This document shows positions 60,469-64,000 of a DNA stretch of 64,000 nucleotides, one piece after another. The translations under genes and the position numbers were made by a program. Origin of the DNA: the human T2T-CHM13v2.0 reference genome, Homo sapiens; NCBI RefSeq assembly GCF_009914755.1, contig NC_060939.1; one strand, 5' to 3'. Numbering within the stretch: position 1 is the first letter of the stretch; each line of letters begins with the position of its first letter. The notes under the pieces are model-generated. The model searched no databases. It saw nothing but the letters and a program-made list of their open reading frames with translations, and had not been told where the DNA came from.

Positions 60469-61664
60469 CTAATGCGTAAGTAGAAATAATGCACGTCCGT
60501 GCCCTGCCTCCAGCCGCTTTTGCGAATCTCCCCATGGTCAAGGTGAGATCAGCAGGCCCGTCTCTCTCCCCTTCCAGTAATCTTTCAGTCCACAGATTGC
60601 ACATTTGAGGCTGTTCTCACTCTCACTCCCCAAATTACCTTCTAAGGTTTTTCTTGATGTTCATTTTTGTCTTGTGTAAAAATATTGAGGCCCACATTTT
60701 CTAGGCATAGTTGTGTTGCTGACTAAACCTAAAAGTGGGTGCATAAGACCAAAAAATTGATTGATACTCTATGCTAATGTTGGAGAAGGAGTGGCACAAC
60801 ATGGTAGGCAGAGTTCGGGCCTCCAGGGGTCTTGCCCAGCTTCCACGATGCCCTGAAGGTATCCAGGAGGAACACTGACCATGCTGAGGGTGTTGATGGG
60901 AAAGCTTGCCCGAGGGCTAACTGAGATCTGTGCCCATGTGTGTCTGTGGTGTCAGTGTATGTGTCTAGGGGAGGCAGGATGAGCAAAGAAGAAAAATCGT
61001 ACTTTAGCTGATGGCAGTGCTGGTCTGCAGCCCAAATGAGATTTGTAGGAAGACCTCCTCAGAGACTCCAGCAAGAACCTGAACAAGAGGGAAGTGAGGC
61101 TGCTAAGTAGCCGGGAGGCACCACCCAGCTCTGGCCAAGTCTAAAGAAATCAGAGGACAAGGCACAAACAACAGAAGCAGCAGACCTTAGCAGGGCAGCA
61201 GTACCCGGGTGGACAAATGACAAGAACGTGCAGATCAGGGGGCTAGAGGACATCATGCTTGAGGTCTCTGACCCCATCCATCATGAAATTGCAAAGTTTC
61301 TGGACAAACAACCCAATTCTACATGCATTCATGTAGTCTAATGCCATCTTAGAGAGGAGCCGGTAGAAGACCAATAAATCACCAAACACTTTTATCTAGA
61401 GAAATGGAGCATTAAACAAAGGGATCCTAAATGGTAACATTAGACAAAGGTTTAAACCAGATTGGACCTTTAGTTATTTTTCTCCTTGCTACTTACTTAG
61501 TGGTTAGGTGCCCACAAGGATATTTGTCCTATTTGTGTAAAAATACCAATTTTTCATTTTTATCCATCTGATAAGAGTAAATTGCAACTACATAATATGC
61601 ACATAATTGTGTACATTTTACCTCTGGGTGTAATTAGCTCAGATATTTAAAGCTCCTGGCTATT

Positions 61665-62220
61665 CTGGTATAGGGGAAAGAGGGTAGGCACTCGCCTCAG
61701 ATAGACCTAGGCTTGAACCCATCTCTTCTACTCTATTTCTTCCCTGTAGGAACTTGGGCAAGTTACCTAACACCTCTGAGTCATGGTTGTCTGTAAATGG
61801 ATTTAACAAGGCTCATCTCAGAGGGCTGTCCTGAAATTAAAAGGTATTCTTGGCTGGGCACAGTGGCTCCCGCCTATAATCCCAGCACTTTGGCAGACCA
61901 AGGCGGGCGGATCACTTGAGCCCAGGAGTTTTGAGACCAGTCTGGGCAACATGGCGAAACCCTGTCTCCGCTAAAAATACAAAAATTAGCCTGGTGTGCC
62001 GGTACAGGCCTGTAGTCCCAGCTACTCAGGTGGCTGAGGCACAATAATCTCTTGAACTTGGGAGGCAGAGGTTGCAGTGAGCCCAGATTGCCCTACTGCA
62101 CTCCAGCCTGGGCAACAGAGAGAGACCCTGTCTCAAAAAAAAAAAATAATAAAACTATCTGAGTGTAGAGTGCCCAGTTCAGGACTTGTCCCGCAGTAAA
62201 TGCTCAACAAATGTCACTTT
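61665..62220 (+). mobile_element. MIR interrupted by an Alu (61852-62150)
   Basis: agacctaggcttgaaccc..cttgggcaagttacctaacacctctgag..ctgtaaatgg; resumes agtgccc..agtaaatgctcaacaaatgt. Confidence 0.8.
61852..62150 (+). mobile_element. AluJb/Sz-like
   Basis: ttgagcccaggag, ctgggcaacatggcg. Confidence 0.93.
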
Positions 62221-62299
62221 TCTTTTCTTCCCGCTCTAGATAACTTGTACATCAATAAACAAATGACAAATTGCTTCTTAGTTAACTTAGTCCAATTAA

Positions 62300-62604
<305 letters not shown>

Positions 62605-63273
62605 CAATTAACTTTCAATAAATTGACTAAGGTATTTGGTGGGATAATCCAAATTAAAGCATTGGCACATTAAGAAGACACCATTTTTTCTTTTATGCCA
62701 GTTTCAACTGTGACCTGTAGATGTCTTTGCGAATCTTCCTCTGTATCCAGTTATGGCTAAAGTTACAGAAAACAGCTCAGCCATTGGTGTTAATGATTAG
62801 TCATAAAAGAGTCTGTGCGTGAGAAGAGAGCTCAATTCACTCTGCCCATCCATGTAGCCATCTCCATCCCCCACCACAGGAGGAGGAAAGATTTTCCTCG
62901 TTTGGGCCCTTTAGACTGCATCTACTCTTGGCCTTAGAGTGGGGATATAACCCCAGCGCAGGGGACTCTGCAGGTGGAGCATCCAAGTCTGCAGGGTCTT
63001 TCTGATACCCCTGAGGGCTCAGCCAGGATGGTAGCCCAGGGCAAACACCTGTTTGGAGCTGTCCTGTGGCGCATTTTCCATGGGAAGCTGGTTTTTTTCC
63101 AGGAGACATGATTTGACTTGCATGACTGATCTGGGTAAGAATTAGCTGAGTAAGGGAAGGTTTCTACCAAATCTTGCATTGGGACAAAATAGTGAGCATT
63201 TGTTTCAACTGACCCCAACAGCTGAAAGCAGAATAAATGGACATTGAATAGGTGAGGGAAATGAATTTAATAA

Positions 63274-63732
<459 letters not shown>

Positions 63733-64000
63733 AGCAGTCCATTTCATTTTGAAGAGGACAAAATGAGGATTTGCTTTATTTTGGGGTCAGGGCTCTGTAC
63801 TTTCTTCCTAACAAATGACTGAGACAATTTGAGTGGAATATAGTCTGACATTCTACTTTTTGGATTTCCTCTGCCTCTTTTTGTCTTTTCTTCAGTCCAC
63901 TGGAGCTTAGACTGCCCAGTCTCCTTGAGCATCCCTGAGTAGATGGTGATCAGGTCTGCTTCTCTGCATGGAGTTCCCGTACATCTGTTTTGTTCTGCCC

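Noticed and set aside
63744-63932. 62-aa minus-strand ORF near the window end
   Set aside because: Short, no recognisable homology, no supporting splice or promoter context.

Overview
Primate genomic DNA, very probably human, because it contains an AluYa5-lineage element at 60129-60432. I found no protein-coding exon I can support, no CpG island and no RNA gene. About 75 Alu copies or fragments make up roughly one third of the window and explain most ORFs in the six-frame track. The rest is a layered record of transposons: about 14 LTRs (LTR8, MER4, MER52-like, MER57, MER34, HERV-W LTR17, LTR41, LTR33, LTR16, MLT2B, several MLT1), DNA transposons (MER30, MER91A, Tigger16b, MER53, MER5), L2, L1M, L3 and MIR relics, and microsatellites. 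LTRs lie in both orientations and cluster in the left ~38 kb; the right part has longer unique AT-rich stretches. The most interesting observations are: (1) a TSD-flanked, A-tailed retrocopy of a 55-nt double-hairpin RNA (30590-30873), a candidate mini-SINE derived from a short LTR transcript; (2) an Alu insertion with a 48-bp duplication ending exactly at an older Alu; (3) a truncated HERV-W LTR next to a trimeric Alu; (4) several template-switch or templated-insertion scars; (5) a young tandem duplication whose two copies carry different C-rich microsatellites. Family and subfamily names come from my recall of consensus sequences, not a database search. Boundaries of old elements are approximate.
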